DNA of 51,395 nt, taken from contig DUUL01000004.1 of NCBI GenBank assembly GCA_012841575.1, forward strand, positions 1 through 51,395, given 5' to 3'. This document shows, in pieces, positions 8,533 to 17,107 of this stretch. This DNA is from Candidatus Moraniibacteriota bacterium. Lineage in GTDB: Bacteria; Patescibacteriota; Minisyncoccia; Moranbacterales; DUUL01. How positions within the stretch are numbered: the stretch's first letter is position 1; each line of letters opens with the position of its first letter. Below the pieces are notes generated by a model. It did not search any database. It had not been told where the DNA came from and worked only from the letters and a program-made list of their open reading frames with translations. Made by a program: the position numbers and the translations under genes.

Positions 8533-10206
8533 ATGATTAATTTCTTTGCTAAAACCAACTTTCAAGGAAGGGAGACAGTTTTTGGAATTAAAGAAAGAGA
8601 TCGAAAGAAACACATGCATTTTATTGGGAAAACTGATTCAGGAAAAACTGAATTGCTTTTGAATATGGCAGCTCAAGATATGCGAAATGGCAAGGGAGTT
8701 TTAATCGTTGATTCAGAGGGAGATTTAGCTCAAAAATGTTTACTAGCAGTTCCCCGTGAAAGAGCGGAGGAGGTTGTTTATTTTAATTTAGCCGACAGTG
8801 GTTTTCCTGTGGCTTTTAATTTTCTTGAAAAAATTAATCCAGATAGTCGTTTAATGGCGGCTGAACAGTTAGTAGAAATTTTTAAAAAGCTAATGGGAGA
8901 AAAATGGAATCATCGAACACATTATCTTCTAAAAAATATTTTTTTGTCACTGATGGAATATCCATCCGCGACGCTTTTGGGTGTGGAAAAGTTCCTAGCG
9001 GATGACAGCTATCGTCAAAAGGTAGTTAGTACTGTTCGCAATCAAGAAGTGCGGCAGTTTTGGACGGAAGAATTTAGCCGATATTATTCTCAAATTTTTG
9101 ACCAAGCAATTATTCCTTTGCAAAAAACAATAAGACCAATTTTAAATCATGCGACATTAAGAAATATTATTGGACAGTCAACTTCTCAATTGAAACTAGA
9201 GAATGCTTTAGCTAATCGACAAATTGTCATTTTAGATCTTTCTTCTGGTCGTAATGGAGAAAAAATTGGTTATTTACTGGGAAGTCTTTTTTTAGCTAAA
9301 CTACAACTAGCATCTTTGGAAGGTAGTGAAAAAAAGAACGATTTTCATGTTTATATTGACGAGCTACAATCTTTTATTAACAATAGTTTTTCTAATTTTT
9401 TACGAGATTTGAGTCGACAGGAGATTGGGGTTGTTTCCACTAATCAATTTGTTTTTCAGATTGAAACTGGGCTTTGGCAAGATATTTTTAAAAATGTCAG
9501 TACTATTGGCTTTTTCCAGCTTAGTAAAAATGATGTTAATTTTTTTGAAAAGGAGGGTGGTTTTATTTTTCCTGAGCAATACCTTAATCAAGCCAAGCCT
9601 TTTCATTTATTTTTAAGATTAGCCATTGATGGCAGATCTTCCAATCCTTTCATGGCTGAAACACTTGCTCCAATGAGCTTTTCAGCTGGAGATTTACAGC
9701 GAGTGGATGAGTTGGTTAGTCTTTCCCGGAAGAAGTTTGGTCAGATCAAGGAGGAAGTCGAAGTAAAAATTAACCAGTGGCTTGGTAGCAGGGAGGAGCT
9801 TTTTAAAAAAATAAGAGAAATTGCGGAAAAACAGGCTAAGATTAAAAAGAAAACTAAGAAAAAGCCAATTCGGTTTTTTGATTTTGAAGATGATTCACAA
9901 GAGCAATTTTTTGAGATTGATTGTTGGGGGTGTGGGGTCAAATCAGAAATTCCTTTTAGACCAGACGGGGAAAGTCCAGTTTTTTGCAAAAACTGCTTAA
10001 GAGAATATCGTAAGGCTCAGTCTCAAATAGAACAGCAAAAGCAGAAAAAAACAAAAACCCTGAGCAAGGAGGATAAGCAGCTTATAAGAAAAATCAAAAA
10101 ATCTAATTCGCGTTATAGCAAAAGCAAATTACCGGTGCGAGTTAAAAAAGAAATTGATCATGTTGGACTTAGGAAAATGATCGAGGCTGCAATGGAGAAA
10201 AATTAA
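8533..10206 (+). CDS. TM-less VirD4/TraD-like (type IV coupling protein-type) P-loop NTPase with a Lys-rich tail and a CxxC-x17-CxxC zinc ribbon
   Basis: Walker A HFIGKTDSGKTELLLNM and Walker B DFHVYIDELQSF are separated by an all-helical insert, as in T4CPs. C-terminal CWGCGVKSEIPFRPDGESPVFCKNC at 9922-9996. The ATG at 8533 is preferred (GGAGG 8 nt upstream) over the in-frame GTG at 8518. Confidence 0.6.
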   Translation: MINFFAKTNFQGRETVFGIKERDRKKHMHFIGKTDSGKTELLLNMAAQDMRNGKGVLIVDSEGDLAQKCLLAVPRERAEEVVYFNLADSGFPVAFNFLEKINPDSRLMAAEQLVEIFKKLMGEKWNHRTHYLLKNIFLSLMEYPSATLLGVEKFLADDSYRQKVVSTVRNQEVRQFWTEEFSRYYSQIFDQAIIPLQKTIRPILNHATLRNIIGQSTSQLKLENALANRQIVILDLSSGRNGEKIGYLLGSLFLAKLQLASLEGSEKKNDFHVYIDELQSFINNSFSNFLRDLSRQEIGVVSTNQFVFQIETGLWQDIFKNVSTIGFFQLSKNDVNFFEKEGGFIFPEQYLNQAKPFHLFLRLAIDGRSSNPFMAETLAPMSFSAGDLQRVDELVSLSRKKFGQIKEEVEVKINQWLGSREELFKKIREIAEKQAKIKKKTKKKPIRFFDFEDDSQEQFFEIDCWGCGVKSEIPFRPDGESPVFCKNCLREYRKAQSQIEQQKQKKTKTLSKEDKQLIRKIKKSNSRYSKSKLPVRVKKEIDHVGLRKMIEAAMEKN

Positions 10207-10270
10207 GCTATTTTTTTATTTTTAATTTAAGTCGAAGTGTGTTAGACTGCGAATAGTTAAATTTTTTAAA

Positions 10271-11449
10271 ATGGATTTATTGGGTAAAAAAATAAAAAAG
10301 GCGGAAAAGAAACTTAAAAGAGCACTTATTATCCACGGAACAATTTTTTATCTTCTTTTAATCGGTTTGGTGATGGCAGTTTTTTCTGCTTGGTTTGTTT
10401 ATGCTAAAGATAAGCAAACCACCATTCAGTTTGTGGAAAAAAATAATTATCTTTCGAAAGGGAAAGTTTTTTCACTGGTTTTTGACAATAAGATGTTGAG
10501 GGAGACGGTGGAATCAGGCTTGACTATTGAGCCAAAAATAGAGATTGAAAAGAGGTGGTTGAGTAAAAATGAGCTTGAGGTAGAAATTATGGAACGTACT
10601 CTTCCCGACACAACTTATCAAGTTAAAATTAAGGGAATAAAAACGGCCTGGTTTATTCCTGTGGAAGATAAGCAGTTTAGTTTTAACTCACCGCAAACTC
10701 CGATGCTGAAGAATGTTGAGCCTAAAGATGGCGCGAATGAAATAGAGTACAACACTAAAATTATTTTTGATTTTGATAAACCAGTGCATCCCGATTTCTT
10801 TTTGGAGGTAATGATTGATCCTTTAACTGGATTTGATTATAGCTTTAATTCAGAAAGAGACAGATTGGAGGTAAGTCCGCAAGAGCCGATGCCAAAAGCG
10901 ACAAAATATGAATTGTCACTTAAAATGACTCACAAGGAACATAGTGATTTTGCCAAAGAGCTTTATCGAGGTAGCTTTGTTACGAAAGTTCCACCGCAAA
11001 TAGTTTATGCATATCATAAGGATGGCACGCCAACCAAAATTGAAGAAAGAGCAGAGCATATCGATCCGGTTATTAAAAAGGGACGCTATGTGCACATTGA
11101 CCTTTCTTCTCAAAGTCTCACGATCTTTCAAGACGGAGTGGATAAAGGCACCTATAAGGTTTCTACTGGCAAGCGAGGGATGGATACGCCAATTGGCACG
11201 CATAAAGTTTTAATTAAAGCAAAGAGACCTTGGTCTAACAAGTATAAGCTATTTATGCCATGGTTTATTGGATTTACAAATCAAAGTCATGGTATTCATG
11301 AATTACCAGAGTGGCCGGGTGGAATTAAGGAGGGCGCAAATCATTTGGGAATTCCAGTTTCACACGGCTGTGTGCGTTTGGGAGTTGGACCTGCCAAAAA
11401 GGTTTATGATTTTGTAGAAATTGGTACTCCGGTTGTGATTAGTCAGTAG
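10271..11449 (+). CDS. L,D-transpeptidase (YkuD domain) with an N-terminal TM anchor and beta-rich spacer domains
   Basis: C-terminal HGIHELPEWPG...GIPVSHGCVRLG contains the catalytic His/Cys (SHGCVR) motif of YkuD-fold L,D-transpeptidases. Confidence 0.8.
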   Translation: MDLLGKKIKKAEKKLKRALIIHGTIFYLLLIGLVMAVFSAWFVYAKDKQTTIQFVEKNNYLSKGKVFSLVFDNKMLRETVESGLTIEPKIEIEKRWLSKNELEVEIMERTLPDTTYQVKIKGIKTAWFIPVEDKQFSFNSPQTPMLKNVEPKDGANEIEYNTKIIFDFDKPVHPDFFLEVMIDPLTGFDYSFNSERDRLEVSPQEPMPKATKYELSLKMTHKEHSDFAKELYRGSFVTKVPPQIVYAYHKDGTPTKIEERAEHIDPVIKKGRYVHIDLSSQSLTIFQDGVDKGTYKVSTGKRGMDTPIGTHKVLIKAKRPWSNKYKLFMPWFIGFTNQSHGIHELPEWPGGIKEGANHLGIPVSHGCVRLGVGPAKKVYDFVEIGTPVVISQ

Positions 11450-11593
11450 AATTTACTTTCATAAAATTTTTTAATAATAGGAAAGTTTTTGCAATTAGTT
11501 GATTGTAGCAATTATTAACTTCTCTTGAGTCAGGTATTTAATTTAAAAGAACTGGCAGTCACAAGATGATTGTTTTTGTTTTGCTTTAAACAC

Positions 11594-11621
11594 TTGAATT
11601 TTATTGAGAAAAGGCTAAGAT
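11594..11621 (+). promoter_or_regulatory. Putative promoter for alaS (TTGAAT - 16 nt - TAAGAT)
   Basis: -35 at 11594-11599 and -10 at 11616-11621, about 30 nt upstream of the alaS ATG. Confidence 0.3.
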
Positions 11622-11653
11622 AACAGTGTTAGTTATAAATAAATAGATTGAAA

Positions 11654-13429
11654 ATGACAGGAGAAGAACTTCGGAGAAAATATCTTGAGTTTTTTAAATC
11701 CAAGGGACACGCAGTGCTGCCTTCTTTTTCAGTGGTGCCAGAAAATGATCCAACTGGTCTTTTTATTAATTCTGGAATGCATCCTTTAGTACCATATTTG
11801 ATAGGGGAAAAGCATCCCAAGGGAAAGCGTTTAACAAGCGCTCAAAAGTGCATTCGAACCATTGACATTGAAGAGGTAGGTGATGCCACGCACCATACTT
11901 TTTTTGAGATGTTGGGCAATTGGTCGTTGGGCGACTATTTTAAAAAAGAAGCAATTATGTGGAGTTGGGAATTCCTAACAGATGAAAAGTGGTTAGGAAT
12001 AGATAAGAATCGTTTGGCGGTGTCGGTTTTCGAAGGTGATGAGAATGCACCTTTTGACCAAGAGGCGTATGATATTTGGAGAGAAATTTTTGAAAAGAAT
12101 AATTTACCAGTAGAGCGGATTGCAAAGTTGCCAAAAGAAAATAATTGGTGGGGACCAGCGGGAGAGACCGGACCTTGCGGACCAGATACGGAAATGTTTT
12201 ATTGGGTGGGTAACTCTGATGAAGTGCCAAATAGTTTTAATGACGACAATGATCTTTGGGTGGAAATTTGGAATGATGTGTTTATGGAGTTTAATAAAAA
12301 AGCAGATGGAACCTTTGAAAAGTTAGCAGCACAGAATGTTGATACGGGAATGGGTTTGGTGCGAGTTTTAGTAGCTCTGAATGGATTAGACGATAATTAT
12401 AAAACGGATATTTTTTGGCCGATTATTGAAAAGATTGAAAATCTTTGTGGAAAAAAGTATGACGAAAGTGATGAATTGAAGAGAGCGTTTCGGATTATAG
12501 CTGATCATATTAAAGCGGCAGTGATGATTATGAGTGATGGAGTGGAGCCTTCGAATACTGAGCGAGGCTATATTTTACGCCGATTAATTCGGCGTGCAAT
12601 TCGGCAGGGTAAATTTTTGGGCATTGAAGATAATTTTACAGTAGAAGTAGCTAAGGTAGTGGTAGAAATATACAAGGAGATTTATCCAGAGGTAAGTAAT
12701 GAAAGAATTCTAGAGCTACTTAAAGCAGAAGAGGAGAAATTCAATAAAACAATGGAAAAGGGTGAGCGAGAAATTGAGAAATTGGCTGGCAAGGAAATTA
12801 CTGGAGAAATTGCTTTTAATCTCTTTCAAACTTATGGTTACCCAGTGGAAATGATAATGGAGGTGGCCAGAGAAAAAGGCTTGTCAATTGCGGAAGATGT
12901 TGAGCGGGATTTTAAAGTTGCTTTAGAAAAACATCAAGCACTTTCTCGCACAGCCAGTGCCGGAATGTTTAAAGGTGGCTTAGCAGATACTAAAGAGGAG
13001 ACGACGCAGCTTCACACTGTGGCACACCTAATGCTAGCAGGGTTGAGAAAGGTTTTGGGTGAGCACGTGCATCAAAAAGGTTCTAATATCAATGGAGAGC
13101 GCTTGCGATTTGATTTTTCTCATGGTGAGAAAATGACTGATGAGCAGAAGGGGCAAGTGGAAAGCTATGTCAATGAAGCAATAAAAGCTAAAGTTCCAGT
13201 GGAGGTAAATGAGATGAGTTTGGCTGAGGCTAAGGAGAAATGCGCAGAAGGAGCTTTTGAAAATAAGTATGGTGACACGGTGAAAGTTTATTCAATCGAG
13301 GGATTTTCTAATGAAATTTGTGGTGGTCCACACGTGCAAAATACTGGCGATATTAAAGGTATTTTTAGGATTAAAAAAGAACAATCTTCCAGTGCTGGAG
13401 TGCGGAGGATTAAGGCGGTGTTGGAGTAA
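11654..13429 (+). CDS. alaS: Alanine--tRNA ligase, compact form (catalytic + tRNA-recognition + minimal editing core; no C-Ala domain)
   Basis: MTGEELRRKYLEFFKSKGH, FFEMLGNWSLGDYFK, editing-site HTVAHLM and CGGPHV. The protein ends 30 aa after CGGPHV (..GVRRIKAVLE). The ATG at 11654 is preferred over the TTG at 11648. Confidence 0.85.
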   Translation: MTGEELRRKYLEFFKSKGHAVLPSFSVVPENDPTGLFINSGMHPLVPYLIGEKHPKGKRLTSAQKCIRTIDIEEVGDATHHTFFEMLGNWSLGDYFKKEAIMWSWEFLTDEKWLGIDKNRLAVSVFEGDENAPFDQEAYDIWREIFEKNNLPVERIAKLPKENNWWGPAGETGPCGPDTEMFYWVGNSDEVPNSFNDDNDLWVEIWNDVFMEFNKKADGTFEKLAAQNVDTGMGLVRVLVALNGLDDNYKTDIFWPIIEKIENLCGKKYDESDELKRAFRIIADHIKAAVMIMSDGVEPSNTERGYILRRLIRRAIRQGKFLGIEDNFTVEVAKVVVEIYKEIYPEVSNERILELLKAEEEKFNKTMEKGEREIEKLAGKEITGEIAFNLFQTYGYPVEMIMEVAREKGLSIAEDVERDFKVALEKHQALSRTASAGMFKGGLADTKEETTQLHTVAHLMLAGLRKVLGEHVHQKGSNINGERLRFDFSHGEKMTDEQKGQVESYVNEAIKAKVPVEVNEMSLAEAKEKCAEGAFENKYGDTVKVYSIEGFSNEICGGPHVQNTGDIKGIFRIKKEQSSSAGVRRIKAVLE

Positions 13430-13477
13430 ATGAGCCAAAAGACATGTTTTAGATAAAATAGTTTTAATTTAAATTTT

Positions 13478-14692
13478 ATGTCAAAAATTATTACTGATGA
13501 AAAACAAATCGATGAGATTTTAGAACGAGGAGTAATTGTTGAAATTCTGCCAACCAAAAAAGAATTTAAACAAAAGTTGATGTCGGGGGAGAGATTGCGT
13601 TTTTACATCGGAGCTGATCCAACAGCCAAGTCATTGCATCTAGGGCATGCACAGAATTTAATAATCTTAGAAAGCTTTCGTCGTTTGGGACACGAAGTAA
13701 TTTTTTTGATTGGCGATTTTACGGGAATGATTGGTGATCCTAGTGAGAAAAGCTCAACTCGGGTAAAACAAACTAGACAGGAAGTGGAGGAGAATTTTAA
13801 AAACTGGAAAGATCAAGTGAAAAATATTCTAAATTTCAATGACAAAGAAAATCCAGTTAAGATTGAATATAATTCAAAGTGGCTTAGCAAGTTAAACTTT
13901 TCTGAAGTATTAGAGCTAGCAAGTAATTTTACAGTGCAACAGATGTTGGAGCGGGATATGTTTGAAAAAAGATTGCAAGAAGGAAAGCCGATTTATTTGC
14001 ATGAGTTTCTCTATCCTTTGATGCAGGGCTATGACAGTGTAGTAATGAATGTGGATGTTGAAATGTGTGGAACCGATCAGACTTTTAATGCACTAGCTGG
14101 GAGAACTTTGATGCAGAAAATTAAAAACAAGGATAAATTTGTTGTTGTTAATGGATTGATTGCTGACGAGAAAACGGGACTATTAATGTCAAAATCTAAT
14201 GGCACGGGAGTTTTTCTTAATCTTTCCGCCAAAGATCTTTTTGGAGCGATTATGGCTCAGTCAGACGGAATGATGCGACCTTTAATGTTGGGTTGTACTA
14301 GATTTCCATTGAAAGAAATAGAAAGGTTAATGCAATTAGAAAATCCTAAAGATGCAAAAATGGCACTAGCATTTGAAATTACTAAGAATTTTCACGGTGA
14401 AAAGTTAGCGGTGCAAGCAAGAGAAGATTTTGAAAACAAGTTTTCCAAAAAAGAAACTCCGATTGATGCGCCAGAAATGATTGTGGCAGAAGGAGACAAT
14501 TTAATCAATAAAATAATAAAAGAGGCTTTAGCGGAGAGTAAGGGTAATGCTAAGCGAAAGATTAAGCAAGGTGGAGTGAGCTTGAATGGCGAGAAGATTT
14601 TAGCAGTTGACTATAAATTCACTAAAATTGACGATGGAAAGATTTTGAAAGTTGGAAAAAAAGATTTTCGTAAGGTAAAAATAGAGAAGTAA
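13478..14692 (+). CDS. tyrS: Tyrosine--tRNA ligase with a C-terminal S4-like domain
   Basis: HIGH-type motif SLHLGHA, KMSKS-type motif LLMSKSNG, C-terminal KRKIKQGGVSLNGEKI (S4 fold). Confidence 0.9.
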   Translation: MSKIITDEKQIDEILERGVIVEILPTKKEFKQKLMSGERLRFYIGADPTAKSLHLGHAQNLIILESFRRLGHEVIFLIGDFTGMIGDPSEKSSTRVKQTRQEVEENFKNWKDQVKNILNFNDKENPVKIEYNSKWLSKLNFSEVLELASNFTVQQMLERDMFEKRLQEGKPIYLHEFLYPLMQGYDSVVMNVDVEMCGTDQTFNALAGRTLMQKIKNKDKFVVVNGLIADEKTGLLMSKSNGTGVFLNLSAKDLFGAIMAQSDGMMRPLMLGCTRFPLKEIERLMQLENPKDAKMALAFEITKNFHGEKLAVQAREDFENKFSKKETPIDAPEMIVAEGDNLINKIIKEALAESKGNAKRKIKQGGVSLNGEKILAVDYKFTKIDDGKILKVGKKDFRKVKIEK

Positions 14693-14706
14693 TTTAACTT
14701 AAAAAA

Positions 14707-15765
14707 ATGACTAATATTTCAGGCAAAATTAAGGAATTGGTAAAAACTGCTAAAAAAGAAGTTGCGGTTGGTGATTTGGAACGGTTAGAAAAATTAAGGG
14801 TGAAATTTCTGGGGCGCAAGAGTGAACTGACAAAAATTTTAAAAAGCTTGAAAGACTTGTCAGTGGAAGAAAAAAAGAAAATTGGACCAGTGGCAAATGA
14901 AGCACGGATTAAGATTAATGAGCTAATCGAAACTAAAAAAGAAGAGTTGTTAGCAGAAATAGATCGACAAAAAAACTGGATTGATGTAACAGCGCCAGGT
15001 AAGAAGAAATATTTGGGGAAATTAAATTTGATTTCTCAGGTGCAACGAGAGATTGAAGAAATTTTTACGAAGATGGGCTTTGAAATTGCGGATGGTCCAG
15101 AAATTGAAGATGAATGGCATAATTTTTCTGCTTTGAATGTACCCAAAGATCACCCAGCACGGGATATGCAAGATACTTTTTGGTTAGAGTCAGGGAATTC
15201 TCAAGATGAAGCAGAACATAATGAACGGAAGACTTTTTTGCCACGAACGCATACCTCCAATGCACAAATTCGCTATATGGAAACGCATCAGCCACCTTTT
15301 AAGATTATCGTTCCCGGGCGATGCTTTAGAAATGAAGCCTCAGATTCAACCCATGAACATACTTTTCACCAGTTTGAAGCGTTGGTAGTTGGAGACGATA
15401 TTTCAGTGGCAAATTTTAAAGATATTGCCCAGAAATTTTTTGCTAAATTTTTTGGAATTGAAGATTTGAAAGTGCGCTTGCGTCCGAGTTATTTCCCTTT
15501 TACCGAGCCAAGTTTTGAGTTTGATATTTCTTGCACGGTTTGTGGGGGTGATGGTTGCAAAGCTTGTAAGGGCGGAGGTTGGTTGGAAATTGGTGGAGCA
15601 GGGATGGTTAATCAGCGGGTTTTTGAGGCATCTGGCTACTCGAAAGATAAATATCAAGGCTTTGCTTGGGGCTTTGGTTTAGAGCGTTTAGCAATGATGA
15701 AGTATCAGGTGGATGACATTCGACTTTTTGCCGACGGAGACTTACGTTTTGTGCGACAGTTTTAG
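14707..15765 (+). CDS. pheS: Phenylalanine--tRNA ligase alpha subunit
   Basis: FPFTEPSFEFD, the Cys-rich CTVCGGDGCKACKGGGWLEIGGAGM insert, and GFAWGFGLERLAMM (class II motif 3). Confidence 0.9.
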   Translation: MTNISGKIKELVKTAKKEVAVGDLERLEKLRVKFLGRKSELTKILKSLKDLSVEEKKKIGPVANEARIKINELIETKKEELLAEIDRQKNWIDVTAPGKKKYLGKLNLISQVQREIEEIFTKMGFEIADGPEIEDEWHNFSALNVPKDHPARDMQDTFWLESGNSQDEAEHNERKTFLPRTHTSNAQIRYMETHQPPFKIIVPGRCFRNEASDSTHEHTFHQFEALVVGDDISVANFKDIAQKFFAKFFGIEDLKVRLRPSYFPFTEPSFEFDISCTVCGGDGCKACKGGGWLEIGGAGMVNQRVFEASGYSKDKYQGFAWGFGLERLAMMKYQVDDIRLFADGDLRFVRQF

Positions 15766-15788
15766 AGGTTGAGAATAATTTAAAGAAA

Positions 15789-16355
15789 TTGGAAACCAAA
15801 AATACTCTCCTGAAGAGAAATTTATCTGAGGAAAATTATCCGCAGTTTTTGGATTGGATGCAGGATGTAAGTGTTACGGGGTTTTTATATTCTGCGAAAA
15901 GAATGTCTAAATTTAAAACAGTGGCTGAGGTGAAGGATTTTCTTGAAGAAGAGAAAGATGAAATATTTTGGGAGATATATGATCGAAGAAGAGAAGAATT
16001 GATTGGCTATACTTCTTTATGCAGCTTAAATAAAGATGAAAGAAGTGTAGAGTTTAGTGTTTTTATTTTCAACAAAAAATATTGGGGCAAGGGCTATGGA
16101 AAAGAGGTTGGTTACAAAATGGTTGATTATGTTTTCAAGGAATTAAGATTAGATGAAATTAGGTTGGAAACTTGTGATTTACATAAAAATGCAATTTTAC
16201 TTTATGAAAAGTTAGGCTTTAAAAAAACTAAATTAATTCCTAAAGATAGAATAGTCTTTGTAAGTGGGGAGTGGATTAAAGCGGGAAGTCTGCAGATGGT
16301 GTTAAAAAAAGAAGTAATCGTTGTACAAGATACAGTTTGTTGTGATGGAAATTAA
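15789..16355 (+). CDS. GNAT-family N-acetyltransferase (RimJ/RimL-like)
   Basis: FNKKYWGKGYGKEV (acetyl-CoA pyrophosphate-binding Q/RxxGxG/A motif) and NAILLYEKLGFKK. TTG start, so the start is uncertain. Confidence 0.65.
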   Translation: METKNTLLKRNLSEENYPQFLDWMQDVSVTGFLYSAKRMSKFKTVAEVKDFLEEEKDEIFWEIYDRRREELIGYTSLCSLNKDERSVEFSVFIFNKKYWGKGYGKEVGYKMVDYVFKELRLDEIRLETCDLHKNAILLYEKLGFKKTKLIPKDRIVFVSGEWIKAGSLQMVLKKEVIVVQDTVCCDGN

Positions 16356-16487
16356 ATCACTAATTTACTTTTACAAATGTTTAGTTTGTGCTAAAATAAA
16401 AAGGCTTTCTTTGAGAGAAGGCAATTAAATAAGTAAACTTGCTTGCATGAGGATAAATTTTATGCTTATGTATTGCAAAAATAAAAA

Positions 16488-17042
16488 ATGAAAAGTAAAA
16501 AATGGTGGTTAGTTAGTTTGCCGGCAGTAGCAATTCCTCTAGTTTTAAGTGGTTGTAACAAAAAGGAGGAGATGGCACTAGTCGAGGAAGATGTGTTGCC
16601 AAGCATTGCGGAGGAAATCGAACTGGATCCAATTGGGGATGATGGAGTAGAAGAAATAGAAGTTACAGCTGATTTAGATGGCAATGCAGCTAGAGATGTA
16701 ATTGATTGGGCGGGTGTTTATAAGGGGACGCTTCCTTGTGCTTCATGTGAAGGGATAGAAACTGAAATTACTTTAAATGAAGATGGAACCTATACACAAA
16801 AGGAAAGTTATATCACGACTAAGCCGGGAGGAGGAGAAGTTGATATTGAAAAAGGGACCTTTGCCTGGGACATCACTGGAACAAAAATTACTTTAGTTGA
16901 AGATGATGACAAAAATGAAACAGATAATGATGATCAGAAAATCTATCTAGTAACCGAAGGACAGATTCAGGCCCTGGATTATGAGGGGAAGATAATAACA
17001 GGAGAGCTGGCAAACGACTACATTCTTAAAAAACAACAATAG
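16488..17042 (+). CDS. Lipoprotein with an NlpE-N-like (CutF-type) CxxC domain
   Basis: Signal peptide with lipobox LVLSGC. GVYKGTLPCASCEGIETEITLNEDGTY matches the NlpE N-terminal domain signature (LPCAxCxGI...L..DGTY). Confidence 0.6.
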   Translation: MKSKKWWLVSLPAVAIPLVLSGCNKKEEMALVEEDVLPSIAEEIELDPIGDDGVEEIEVTADLDGNAARDVIDWAGVYKGTLPCASCEGIETEITLNEDGTYTQKESYITTKPGGGEVDIEKGTFAWDITGTKITLVEDDDKNETDNDDQKIYLVTEGQIQALDYEGKIITGELANDYILKKQQ

Positions 17043-17055
17043 ATTTGTGTCTAAT

Positions 17056-17082
17056 AAAGCGGGATCAAAAGTCCCGCTTTTT
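17056..17082 (+). terminator. Rho-independent terminator
   Basis: AAAGCGGGA (17056-17064) pairs with TCCCGCTTT (17072-17080) around a 7-nt loop, with the T-run continuing. Lies 14 nt after the stop at 17042. Confidence 0.7.
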
Positions 17083-17107
17083 AAATTACTGAGATTAATT
17101 AAACTGG

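Noticed and set aside
11450-11647. 198-nt region upstream of alaS, checked for a T-box leader
   Set aside because: There is no T-box consensus (AAnnnGGGTGGTACCGCG-like), no specifier-loop architecture and no terminator/antiterminator pair. Only a moderate promoter match was seen.
15766-15788. pheS is not followed by pheT
   Set aside because: The beta subunit is simply not adjacent here; a GNAT gene follows. pheS-pheT separation occurs in various genomes and cannot be judged further from this window.
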